Positions 49,126-57,953 of a stretch of DNA of 64,000 nucleotides are shown here, one piece after another; position 1 is the stretch's first letter; the number at the start of each line of letters is the position of its first letter. Source of the stretch: Candidatus Hadarchaeota archaeon (GTDB lineage Archaea; Hadarchaeota; Hadarchaeia; Hadarchaeales; JAWBSP01); assembly GCA_964632175.1 (NCBI GenBank), contig CAZWBJ010000002.1, positions 13,878 through 77,877 on the forward strand, given 5' to 3'. A program made the position numbers and the translations under genes. Under the pieces are notes generated by a model that was not told where the DNA came from, searched no databases, and saw only the letters and a list, made by a program, of their open reading frames with translations.

Positions 49126-49982
49126 TAACGGGATCCACGGGGGTCATCGCACTCATAGGGGATCCAGTGGAGAAGAGCCTCTCCCCTGCCATCCACAACT
49201 CGGCCTTCAACTCCCTGAGGCTCAACTATGTCTACGTCGCGTTTAGAGTCCCCCGCGAAGCACTCCCCAAAGCGGTGGAGGCAGTAAAGACTTTAGGGCT
49301 AGTGGGCCTAAATGTTACCATCCCCCACAAGGTCTCTATCGTGGATCTCCTCGACACGCTGGAGAAATCGGCCTCCACCGTGGGGGCGGTCAACACCGTG
49401 AAGAACGAGGGAGGGAAGCTGATTGGTTACAATACAGACGGGAGGGGGGCGGTGGAAGTGCTGGAGGAGAGGGTAGGGTCGCTCGCCGGGAAAAACGTGC
49501 TGTTGCTGGGTGCGGGCGGTGCCGCGAGGGCTATTGCCTTCGCCCTGGCGGAAAGGGGTGCTTGCCTGACCATTGCCAACCGAACCGTGGGGAGGGCGAA
49601 GGAACTCTCGGTGGGGCTGGAGAGAAAGCTGGGGGTGAAGCCGAAGGTAACTGGAATCAAACCCTGGATGTTAGCGGGGGTCCTGAAAGGGGCGGACATC
49701 CTAATCAACGCCACGGCGGTGGGAATGTATCCGAGAACCAAGGAAACGCTCGTCACAAGCAAAATGATGCACCCCAACCTCACAGTCTTCGACATCGTCT
49801 ACCAGCCCCCCTACACAAGGCTCCTGAGGGAGGCAAGGGAGGCGGGGGCGAAAACCATCACCGGGTTGGAGATGCTGGTAAGACAGGCGGCCTTGTCCTT
49901 CGAAATCTGGACGGGAAAGCAGGCCCCGCTTGAAGTCATGAGACAGACTGCATGGAGGCTAGCGAGAAGATGGAGGTTCTAG
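49122..49982 (+). CDS. aroE: Shikimate dehydrogenase
   Basis: SLSPAIHN motif and NADP-binding GAGGAARA; 286 aa. Confidence 0.9.
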   Translation: MITGSTGVIALIGDPVEKSLSPAIHNSAFNSLRLNYVYVAFRVPREALPKAVEAVKTLGLVGLNVTIPHKVSIVDLLDTLEKSASTVGAVNTVKNEGGKLIGYNTDGRGAVEVLEERVGSLAGKNVLLLGAGGAARAIAFALAERGACLTIANRTVGRAKELSVGLERKLGVKPKVTGIKPWMLAGVLKGADILINATAVGMYPRTKETLVTSKMMHPNLTVFDIVYQPPYTRLLREAREAGAKTITGLEMLVRQAALSFEIWTGKQAPLEVMRQTAWRLARRWRF

Positions 49983-50785
49983 TAATCGGGGCGGGGGCCA
50001 TGGGCGGATGGTTCGCCCGCCGCTTTAAGAAGTGGGGGTGGGAGGTTTGGTTGACGGATGTTGATCGGAAAAAGTCATCCGCCCTGGCGAGGGAACTAGG
50101 CGTGAAAACCGGCGATGAAATCCTGCCTCAGGCCGATCTCGTGCTGGTGGCCGTGCCCATCTCCTCCACCCCTGCCGTCGTGAGGGAGGTCTGCGGGAGG
50201 ATGAAGAAGGGGGCGCTCTTGATGGAGATCTCATCCGTGAAGGAGCAGGTGGTGTCCACCATGCTCGAGCTGAAGTCTAATCCCGTAGAACTCGTGGCCC
50301 TCCACCCTCTCTTCGGTCCCGGCGCCGAAAGTCTCAAGGGGGAGAGATTCGCCTTCATTCCGATAAGGGCGGGAAGGATCTTCGGTGAAGTCAGGAGCAG
50401 GCTCGAGGGAGAGGGAGCCACTCTTATAAGGACGGAGGCCGACGGGCACGACTCCGCCATGGCGCGTGCACAGGCGTTAACTCACCTCCTCCTACTCTGC
50501 TATCTCCGGCTGTGCGAACGAGGGGAACTCCAGACGCATCTCTCCAGGACTCTCCTAGAGCTGGCCAAGGCTGTGCTCGCGGGGAATCCTTCTGTATATT
50601 ATGAAATGCAAACCCTCAACCGCTTCTTCCCAAAAATCAGACGGGAATTCCTGCGGACCTGGGGGCAACTTGAGAAGTTGATAGAAGAGGAGAAAAGAGA
50701 GGAGTTCGAAAAAACCTTCAAGAAGCTGAAGAGAGAATTCGGAAAGGAAGTGGAGATAGCCTACAGGAGGCTGTACGCCTCATGA
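49952..50785 (+). CDS. tyrA: Prephenate dehydrogenase
   Basis: N-terminal Rossmann VIGAGAMGG and the TyrA family C-terminal domain. Confidence 0.85.
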   Translation: MEASEKMEVLVIGAGAMGGWFARRFKKWGWEVWLTDVDRKKSSALARELGVKTGDEILPQADLVLVAVPISSTPAVVREVCGRMKKGALLMEISSVKEQVVSTMLELKSNPVELVALHPLFGPGAESLKGERFAFIPIRAGRIFGEVRSRLEGEGATLIRTEADGHDSAMARAQALTHLLLLCYLRLCERGELQTHLSRTLLELAKAVLAGNPSVYYEMQTLNRFFPKIRREFLRTWGQLEKLIEEEKREEFEKTFKKLKREFGKEVEIAYRRLYAS

Positions 50786-51597
50786 AGATCGGAGTGCTGG
50801 GGCCGAGGGGGACCTACAGCGAACTCGCGGCCAGAGCGCGGTACGGGGAGCAGCACGAGTTCATCTACTACCCCACCATCACCGAGGTCGGGAAAGGAGT
50901 GGAGAGAGGAGAGGTGGAGGTGGGGGTGGTCCCCTTGGAGAGCTTGCGGGAGGGGAGCGTGGGGGAAACCCTCGACCTGCTGGCCTGGGGAAACCTGAAA
51001 ATAGGGGAGGAGATAGTCCTACCCGTTTCCGTCTCCCTCCTAGGAATCCCTGGCACGAAACTGGAGGAAATCTCCCAAATCCTTTCACATCCTCAGATCT
51101 TCGCCCAGTGTCGTGACTTTCTCCTGAAGTTCCCGAGGGTGGAGCTGGTGGAGGTGAGCAGCACCGCTAAGGCCGCAGAGCAGGTTGCCAAGGCCGGCAG
51201 ACCGCAGATAGCATGCCTCGGACCAAAAAGCCTGGCCCCAATATACCAGCTCGAGTCCCTCCTAGACGACATCCAGGGGGAGATAAACCTCACAAGGTTC
51301 CTGGTGCTCGCCCACGCCGACAGTCCGCCCACGGGATATGACAAAACCTCCATCGTCTTTTACACTGCCGAGGACAGGCCGGGAATTCTCTGGGAGATCC
51401 TAGGGGAATTTGCCTCCAGAAAGATAAACCTCACCAAGATCGAATCGCGGCCCTCAAAGAGAGCGCTTGGAGACTACCTCTTCTTCTTGGATTTCGAAGG
51501 GCACCGGGAAGAGGAGAGAGCTAAGGAGGCGCTGGAGGGTGTGAGAAGGAAGACCGCCATGCTCAAGATCTTGGGCTCCTACCCCAGGAGGTTCTGA
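50782..51597 (+). CDS. pheA: Prephenate dehydratase (PDT plus ACT domain)
   Basis: TRF motif region and ESRP ACT signature; 271 aa. Confidence 0.85.
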   Translation: MKIGVLGPRGTYSELAARARYGEQHEFIYYPTITEVGKGVERGEVEVGVVPLESLREGSVGETLDLLAWGNLKIGEEIVLPVSVSLLGIPGTKLEEISQILSHPQIFAQCRDFLLKFPRVELVEVSSTAKAAEQVAKAGRPQIACLGPKSLAPIYQLESLLDDIQGEINLTRFLVLAHADSPPTGYDKTSIVFYTAEDRPGILWEILGEFASRKINLTKIESRPSKRALGDYLFFLDFEGHREEERAKEALEGVRRKTAMLKILGSYPRRF

Positions 51598-52352
51598 TGG
51601 AAGAAACTGAGAAGAAACTGCTTGACTTCATAAGAAAACAGGTTGAAGCTGCTGGGGCAAAGGGGGTGGTGGTCGGGATGAGCGGGGGATTGGATTCATC
51701 AGTGGTGGCCGCTCTTTGCGCTAGAGCTATCGGGCCTGAGAGGGTGCTGGGGTTATGCCTGCCAGACAAAGTTACAGACCCCTCAGACGTGGAGGATGCA
51801 GAAAACCTTGCTCAAGAGCTTGGGATAAGGTTCAAGAAGATAGAAATCACTCCCATAATCGAGGCCCTGCACAGGTGTTTGCCAGACTTCGATCCCAGTG
51901 CCAGACTGCCGCTGGCAAACCTGAAGGCGCGGGTTAGGATGATCATCCTTTACTACTACGCCAACCTGCACGGTTATTTGGTGGCGGGTACGGGCAACCG
52001 AAGTGAGCTGAGAGCAGGTTACTTCACCAAATGGGGGGACGGAGCGGCGGACTTCCTGCCCTTGGGGTCGCTCTACAAAACACAGGTTAGGGAACTTGCC
52101 AGATACCTCGACATCCCGCGCACCATTCTGGAAAAAGTCCCCACCGCCGGGCTATGGCCGGGGCAAACCGATGAGGGGGAGCTCGGGATCTCCTACGAGA
52201 AACTGGATAAGATATACATGGGACTGGACGCCGGAAAATCGCCGGAGGACGTCGCGAAGATAGCAGGGGTGGAGGTGGGGCGAGTGAGGGAGTTCATGGA
52301 GAGGGAAAGGAAAACCCAGCACAAAAGGCTTCCACCTCCTCGTCCAGAGTAA
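51597..52352 (+). CDS. nadE: NH3-dependent NAD+ synthetase
   Basis: SGGLDSS PP-loop; 251 aa. Confidence 0.9.
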   Translation: MEETEKKLLDFIRKQVEAAGAKGVVVGMSGGLDSSVVAALCARAIGPERVLGLCLPDKVTDPSDVEDAENLAQELGIRFKKIEITPIIEALHRCLPDFDPSARLPLANLKARVRMIILYYYANLHGYLVAGTGNRSELRAGYFTKWGDGAADFLPLGSLYKTQVRELARYLDIPRTILEKVPTAGLWPGQTDEGELGISYEKLDKIYMGLDAGKSPEDVAKIAGVEVGRVREFMERERKTQHKRLPPPRPE

Positions 52353-52384
52353 CCCTACCCGCCGGCAAGGGCAACGGTATGGAT

Positions 52385-52519
52385 TTAGTACTCCACCGCC
52401 CCGCCGTTGTAGTCTATTCCCATCTCGCTCAAGGGCTTCCCGCAGTGCTTGCAGCGGAGCCTGCCCTCCACCAAGACGCAAGCAACCCGAAGCGGGAGCC
52501 CGCAGTTGGGACAGTTCAT
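52385..52519 (-). CDS. 44-aa zinc-ribbon micro-protein immediately downstream of nrdD
   Basis: MNCPNCGLPLRVACVLVEGRLRCKHCGKPLSEMGIDYNGGAVEY, with CxxC-x15-CxxC. GGGGGTGA lies 5 nt upstream of the ATG. It starts 4 nt after the nrdD stop. The 118-aa six-frame ORF is an upstream extension. Confidence 0.4.
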   Translation of the reverse strand: MNCPNCGLPLRVACVLVEGRLRCKHCGKPLSEMGIDYNGGAVEY

Positions 52520-52523
52520 CTTC

Positions 52524-55500
52524 TCACCCCCTCGTGAAGCTTTTCCTCTGCCTGAACTCCTCCTGCTTTCCCTCGTTCCAGTTCCGAACGGGCCTGAAGT
52601 AGCCCACCACCCTAGAGTAGACCTCGGTCTCATGACCGCAGGAGGGGCAAAGTGGATAGTTTCCCGGGAGGTATCCGTGATTTGGGCAAATCGAATATGT
52701 TGGAGTAATGGTGTAGTAGGGTAGCCTGGAGCGCTCGGCAATCTTCCTCACCAGATTCTTACAGCTCTCGCCGTCCTCCAGGCTCTCCCCAAGGAAGATG
52801 TGAAAGACCGTTCCCCCCGTGTAAAGAGACTGCAGAGGCTCTTGGTGTTTGATAGCCTCCCAAAGATCAAGGTCCGCATCCACGGGAAGCAGGGTGGAGT
52901 TGGTGTAATAAGGGACGTCTTTTCCGGCGGTGATGATATCGGGATACATTCGCTTGTCGATCCTTGCGAGCCTGTAGCTGGTCCCCTCGGCGGGGGTGGC
53001 CTCCAAGTTGTAAAGATGGCCCGTCTCCGCCTGGAATTCCCTGAGCTTTTTGAGCATGAACCTCAGCGTTCGTATAGCAAAGTTCCTTCCTTCCTGCTCC
53101 GCGATGCTGCAACCAAGCAGGTTGAGGCAAGCCTCGTTCATCCCGACCAACCCGATGGTGGAGAAGTGATAATCCAAGGTGCCCAGATATCGTTTGGTGT
53201 AGGGGAGGAGGCCCGAATTCATTTTCCTCGTGACCTCCTTCCTCTTTATCTCGAGAGATATCTTCGCTAAGTTCATGAGGCGCTCCAGATTTTCAAAGAA
53301 CTCGTCCTCGTTCTCCGACAAGTATCCTATTCTAGGCATGTTGATCGTGACCACGCCCACGGAACCCGTTTTATCACCGGCGCCGAAAAGTCCCCCCGTG
53401 ATGTTCCTCCGCAACTCCCTCAAATCGAGCCGGAGATGGCAACACATTGACCTGACATCGCTGGGCCTGAGGTCGGAATTGATGAAGTTCTGGAAGTAGG
53501 GAAGTCCATATTTGGCAGTCATCTCGAAAAGGAGGGAGGAAACCCCGTCGTCCCACTTAAAGTCCCTAGTTAGACCAAAGGTGGGGATGGGAAAAGTGAA
53601 GGGCCTCCCTTCGGCATCCCCTTCCGTCATCACCTCGATGAAGGCCCTGTTGATCAGTTCCACCTCCTCCTCGAACTCCTCGTACGTCCTGTCCAGTGGC
53701 TTGCCCCCCACGATGGCGGGAGTTCTCGCTAGGTCATCGGGCACGGTAAGGCTGAGGGAAATATTGGTGAAGGGGGTCTGCCCTCCCCAGCGAGAAGAAA
53801 TATTCAGGTTGTAGACAAATTGCTGGAGCTTCTGCTTGACTTCCTTGTAGGTCAGCCCGTCCACCTTAACAAAGGGTGCAAGCAGGACATCCACAGCATT
53901 AAAGGCCTGTGCCCCTGCCCATTCGTTTTGAAGCGTTCCCACGAAGTTCGCCATCTGCAGGAGGGCTGTGTCGAGGTGCCGGGGAGGGGTGGAGGAGACC
54001 TTTCCCGGAACCCCATTGAACCCCTCCAGCAGGAGCTGCTGCAGCGACCAGCCCGCACAGTTACCGGACCAGACAAGCTTACCGTTCCTCTCCACGAGCA
54101 GGGTTCCGTTGGGCACGGTCAGATCGTAAACTTTTCCCCTGTACGATACAACTTCCGGTAAGCCGCGGAATTCAGGGGTGAGCTGGTGGTTCTCCACATA
54201 GACGACGTAACCGGTTTTCCTCTTCCTTATCGTACCGCATCTGCCAGTCTTCACCAAGCACTCGACCACATCTTCCGCGAGCCTCTTTGAGGAAGTGTAA
54301 TACGCGATGAGCCTGTCCCCCTTCACCCTCCCGTCCCCTTTAAACAGCTCCCCTAGGAAGGCCGAGAGGAGCTTCGGGTTCAGACGCTTCACTTCCGGGG
54401 GGATGAATTTCTCCCTGCTTCTACCCAGCCTCTTGACGTAGTCAAATACCTGTTTTGAGTAGAAGGTTACGTGAGATTTGGTTATCACAGGTTCAAAGCC
54501 CAACTGCCTGATTATTCTGGCAATCCGGCGCTGGTTACGCTTGTTGACCTGCGAGATGGAAATCCGGTATCCTCCTTTTGAAACGTCGCAGTTACCCTCC
54601 GCTATGTACCACCCCAGGAACCGCACAAAGGTCTCGGTGGGTGGGTCAACGTTTTTGAAGGTCCCTCCCTGCCCGTCAGAATGTACTTCCGGGAGACGCA
54701 ACTCTCCCTCCCCTTCCCAAACGGCATCCTTTCTGAACTCTATCACCCTCCTGTTAGAAAGTTCCGAAGCGGTGACAAACTTCCACTCTGGATCACAGTC
54801 TCCCGGTGCCCTCGGCTTCCTTCCCCGATAAATCCATTCGCTCACAGTCCCCTCGGGGATGCCGATCTCCTTGGAGATCCTGCGGGAGCCCCAACCCCTC
54901 TCCCTGTGTAACTTTAGTGCCTGGAAGTACTTCTGCAGCCTTGTTTCCATCTCTCCGCGCTTCTGCATCCTCCTGCGGATCTTTGTGCGGTTTGGCGGGA
55001 TTCTAACAAGCATGCGATGCTCGGGCGTCACAAGCAGATCGATGCTCCTGTTCCTCCAGTGATACATCGGACCGTCCCAGTCGAAAACTTGCTTGGCTAT
55101 GGGATGCTGAAACTCCAGCCTGCCCGTCTTTAGGTTAAGAGTTGCAACCCTATCGCTTGGTGTCACATCCTTGAAGTATTTGAACCCTTCCTCCGTCAGA
55201 ACCCTAGTTTCCTCATCGAAGCAATAGCCACACAGACCCATTCCCAGATCATGGATGTGGAAGTCGCCGGACACGTGAGCGGCCGCCACCTCAGGTGGGT
55301 AAACCTTTTCGAGAGTGTACCTTGCAATCACCGAGGTTCCAATGTGGAAGAGGAGGCCGGAAAGCGAGTAGCCCATGTTGCTGTTCTCCTTCACCCTCCA
55401 GTCGCTCAGGCTGAGGTAGTCATCCACGAGCTTCCTGACCTGTAGCTCGGCCCTCAGCTTCCTGAGCTCCTCCCTCTGCTTCCGGTAGATGATGAAGGCT

Positions 55501-55763
55501 TTGGCCGTCTTGGCGTGACCACGCTCGATCAGGATCTTCTCGATGGCATCTTGGATCTGCTCCACGTGCGGCGGGTTTTCCGAACCGAAGCCCTGTTTTA
55601 CGAGATAGTTCTCGACCTCCACAGCCAGTCTCTCGGCCCTCCGCTTGTCCCTCCCCCCCACCTCCTGGGCCGCCTTCCAGATGGCGTTGACGATCCTTTC
55701 CCTCTCGTAGGCGACGACCGTTCCATCCCTTTTGATCACCTTGGTCAGAACCATCTCAAACAC
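52524..55763 (-). CDS. nrdD: Anaerobic ribonucleoside-triphosphate reductase (class III RNR) interrupted by a 388-aa intein
   Basis: N-terminal ATP-cone, a C-terminal Zn ribbon CPNHG...CPSCG, and the glycyl-radical motif RVVGYF. The extein is 691 aa; the intein spans aa 181-568. Confidence 0.9.
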   Translation of the reverse strand: MFEMVLTKVIKRDGTVVAYERERIVNAIWKAAQEVGGRDKRRAERLAVEVENYLVKQGFGSENPPHVEQIQDAIEKILIERGHAKTAKAFIIYRKQREELRKLRAELQVRKLVDDYLSLSDWRVKENSNMGYSLSGLLFHIGTSVIARYTLEKVYPPEVAAAHVSGDFHIHDLGMGLCGYCFDEETRVLTEEGFKYFKDVTPSDRVATLNLKTGRLEFQHPIAKQVFDWDGPMYHWRNRSIDLLVTPEHRMLVRIPPNRTKIRRRMQKRGEMETRLQKYFQALKLHRERGWGSRRISKEIGIPEGTVSEWIYRGRKPRAPGDCDPEWKFVTASELSNRRVIEFRKDAVWEGEGELRLPEVHSDGQGGTFKNVDPPTETFVRFLGWYIAEGNCDVSKGGYRISISQVNKRNQRRIARIIRQLGFEPVITKSHVTFYSKQVFDYVKRLGRSREKFIPPEVKRLNPKLLSAFLGELFKGDGRVKGDRLIAYYTSSKRLAEDVVECLVKTGRCGTIRKRKTGYVVYVENHQLTPEFRGLPEVVSYRGKVYDLTVPNGTLLVERNGKLVWSGNCAGWSLQQLLLEGFNGVPGKVSSTPPRHLDTALLQMANFVGTLQNEWAGAQAFNAVDVLLAPFVKVDGLTYKEVKQKLQQFVYNLNISSRWGGQTPFTNISLSLTVPDDLARTPAIVGGKPLDRTYEEFEEEVELINRAFIEVMTEGDAEGRPFTFPIPTFGLTRDFKWDDGVSSLLFEMTAKYGLPYFQNFINSDLRPSDVRSMCCHLRLDLRELRRNITGGLFGAGDKTGSVGVVTINMPRIGYLSENEDEFFENLERLMNLAKISLEIKRKEVTRKMNSGLLPYTKRYLGTLDYHFSTIGLVGMNEACLNLLGCSIAEQEGRNFAIRTLRFMLKKLREFQAETGHLYNLEATPAEGTSYRLARIDKRMYPDIITAGKDVPYYTNSTLLPVDADLDLWEAIKHQEPLQSLYTGGTVFHIFLGESLEDGESCKNLVRKIAERSRLPYYTITPTYSICPNHGYLPGNYPLCPSCGHETEVYSRVVGYFRPVRNWNEGKQEEFRQRKSFTRG
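54060..55223 (-). mobile_element. Intein in nrdD with a LAGLIDADG homing endonuclease domain
   Basis: Starts with Cys (CFDEETRVLTEEGF, block A). LAGLIDADG-like motifs FLGWYIAEGN and LSAFLGELFKGDGRV. Ends in ...LVWSGN followed by the +1 Cys (CAGWSL). The penultimate residue is Gly, not the usual His. Confidence 0.8.
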
Positions 55764-55793
55764 CTGCCTCCGCGAAGACTCGAGCGAAGAAAC

Positions 55794-56501
55794 TCATGCT
55801 CTCACCCTGCAGACTCCAAAGTGGGGGGAGATCTGCTTCCTCAGCTCATGGAGGAACTCCAGTGGATAGGGCTTGACCGAGGAAAAGGTGGGATCAACCA
55901 ACCTCGGCTCTGGTCTGAACTGTTGCAAGTAGTATCTCTGGGCCCCCTTCAGCTCCTGCGCTATTTGGAGGATGTCCTCTCTGGAGACCAGCCCCGGCAC
56001 CACGGTCGTCCTGAACTCGTAGGGGATGGAGGAGGACATGAGGATTTCCGCCGCCGTCCTCACCTCCCCGACCCCGTCACCTTGGGAAAAAAGGCGGTAC
56101 TTCTCGGGGGTGAGCGGTGCTTTCACATCCAAGGCCACGTAGTCCACCAAGCCCCCACCCACGAGCTTTTGCAGCAGGAGGGGATTCGAGCCGTTGGTGT
56201 CCAGCTTCACCGCGTACCCGAACCCCTTAATCCACTCAAGGAGCTGGGGAAGATCTTGGTGGATGGTGGGCTCCCCCCCGGAAATCACAACCCCGTCCAG
56301 CCAGTCCTTCCTAGAGCGGAAGAACCTATCGAGGTCCTCTTGGCAGGGAGAGGGCAGTGAGGAGGGGTTGAGGACTAAGTCGGCGTTGTAGCAGTAGGGA
56401 CACCTGAAGTTGCATCCCCCCAAGAAAAGTACCGAGGCTATCTTCCCCGGAAAGTCGATTAGGGAAGTCTTGAGAAACCCCTTTATGTTTTCAAAGATCA
56501 T
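55794..56501 (-). CDS. nrdG: Anaerobic ribonucleotide reductase activating protein (radical SAM)
   Basis: CNFRCPYC radical-SAM cluster motif; 235 aa. Confidence 0.85.
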   Translation of the reverse strand: MIFENIKGFLKTSLIDFPGKIASVLFLGGCNFRCPYCYNADLVLNPSSLPSPCQEDLDRFFRSRKDWLDGVVISGGEPTIHQDLPQLLEWIKGFGYAVKLDTNGSNPLLLQKLVGGGLVDYVALDVKAPLTPEKYRLFSQGDGVGEVRTAAEILMSSSIPYEFRTTVVPGLVSREDILQIAQELKGAQRYYLQQFRPEPRLVDPTFSSVKPYPLEFLHELRKQISPHFGVCRVRA

Positions 56502-56510
56502 CAGACCCCC

Positions 56511-56632
56511 CGTTACACTTCTGGTAACACTCCTTAAAAGTGTTACGGTTCTTGTAACGATTTAAAAGGAAGGACTTTTTGAGCTTGATTTTTCTTCGGA
56601 CCGCAACTTATAAATGTTACGGTTTACATAAC
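56511..56632. promoter_or_regulatory. Divergent promoter region with three copies of the palindrome GTTAC-N7-GTAAC (56512-56528, 56542-56558, 56616-56632) interleaved with TATA-like elements (56534-56540, 56561-56569, 56608-56616)
   Basis: Read directly from the sequence. Site 1 is GTTACacttctgGTAAC, site 2 is GTTACggttcttGTAAC, and site 3 is GTTACggtttacATAAC. Sites 1 and 3 overlap the expected transcription start sites of nrdG and the wHTH gene respectively. Confidence 0.5.
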
Positions 56633-56640
56633 AAATAACA

Positions 56641-57333
56641 ATGGAGGAAGTGAGGAGGGAGAAAGCCCCCGAGATCCTGGCTGCTCTGCTCTCGAGACCC
56701 AGGGGGGTGAGGGAACTATGGCAGGCAGTGGGGGGGAGTCCCAACACCGTCGAGCTGAGGGTGAAGGAGCTCCAGAGGGCGGGCTTGATCCAAGAGGGAC
56801 AATCGGAGACTTGGCCCTATAAAAAAGTCCTTTCCCTCACGGACAAGGGAAGGAGGGTGGCGGAGATGCTCAGACTCCAGACCTCCCTAACGGGACCCCT
56901 AAGGAGACCCACGGAGGAGGAACTCAAGGAAAGGGGAAAATGGCTCCTCTCCCTTCTTCACGTGCTGGGTGGGAGCCTGGAGGGCGCGGTCAGACTCCAG
57001 AAGCTCGTCTTCCTCATGAAGAAGGAACTCGGAATGGAGGTGCCCTACCAGCATGTGCCCTTCCAGCATGGACCCTTCTGCGGGGAGATCTACGAGGACC
57101 TGATGGATTTGGAAAGCGCCGGCTGGGTGAGCGTGGTGAGGGAGTTGGCCGAGCCCGTTCTGGTCTCGCTGACGGAAGAGGGGAAGAGGGTCGCCGAAGA
57201 GACCTTCCACTCCCTATCCAAGGAAGCCAAGGGGAACTGGGAGAAGCTGAAAGAGTTCAACCGGATGCCACTCTCGCAGCTGCTGGAGTACGTCTACACG
57301 CGCTACCCGAAGGAAAGCAGGATGCTGGGCTAG
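56641..57333 (+). CDS. Winged-helix DNA-binding domain fused to a DUF4065 (Panacea-like) domain; putative transcription regulator
   Basis: N-terminal wHTH (TVELRVKELQRAGLI). The C-terminal region LQKLVFLMKKELG...FQHGPFCGEIYEDL matches the DUF4065 consensus KLQKLLYFA...WKYGPVVPEVYEEL. Confidence 0.55.
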   Translation: MEEVRREKAPEILAALLSRPRGVRELWQAVGGSPNTVELRVKELQRAGLIQEGQSETWPYKKVLSLTDKGRRVAEMLRLQTSLTGPLRRPTEEELKERGKWLLSLLHVLGGSLEGAVRLQKLVFLMKKELGMEVPYQHVPFQHGPFCGEIYEDLMDLESAGWVSVVRELAEPVLVSLTEEGKRVAEETFHSLSKEAKGNWEKLKEFNRMPLSQLLEYVYTRYPKESRMLG

Positions 57334-57953
57334 GGCCTGCCCGTCTCCCTCATCTTCTTGAGGTCCTCAAACAGGGGCGGGGCCACTTGGTAAACTAGGT
57401 CAAACATCTTTTGGGCCATCCTCCTTATTTCCCACTGGGATTCCTCATGCAGCCTCAGCCTGAAGAAGTGCCTGAGTTCGCGGGCATTCACCGTCCAGTA
57501 CATCTTGGTCTCGGTGGCGTTCGTCAGCACGTACCGGGCGTCCTCCTTCCTCACCCCGGCTGCCACCAGCCCCCTGTAGAGCTCGAAGGACTTCCTCACG
57601 AACTCCTCCATCTTCTCCCTCTGCTCCCGCCTCACCTCCTCGGGGAGGTAATCGAGCGGGGGCAGCACGTACCTCCCCTTCCCCTCATCCACCCTCCTCT
57701 GACTGCGCTGGGTGAAGGAGCAGACGCGGTGCCTGACCCACTGGTGACTGAGGGCCCTCGAGATCCCCTCCACCCTGAAGGTGAAGGAGGCGTGCTCCAA
57801 GATGCTCTCGTGACCCAGCCTGATGATTTTCTGCACGAAGGCCCCGTAATCCTCTTTTTCCTCCTTGTCGTAGGAGACCCCCGCCGCCCTCCCGCAGACC
57901 TCCACCGGGTTAGGCGTGTAGGCCACCAGCTCAACCTTCAACTCGGCTTCCAT
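57330..57953 (-). CDS. thyX: Flavin-dependent thymidylate synthase
   Basis: ThyX motif SHQWVRHRVCSFTQRSQR (RHR...S); 207 aa. Confidence 0.9.
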   Translation of the reverse strand: MEAELKVELVAYTPNPVEVCGRAAGVSYDKEEKEDYGAFVQKIIRLGHESILEHASFTFRVEGISRALSHQWVRHRVCSFTQRSQRRVDEGKGRYVLPPLDYLPEEVRREQREKMEEFVRKSFELYRGLVAAGVRKEDARYVLTNATETKMYWTVNARELRHFFRLRLHEESQWEIRRMAQKMFDLVYQVAPPLFEDLKKMRETGRP

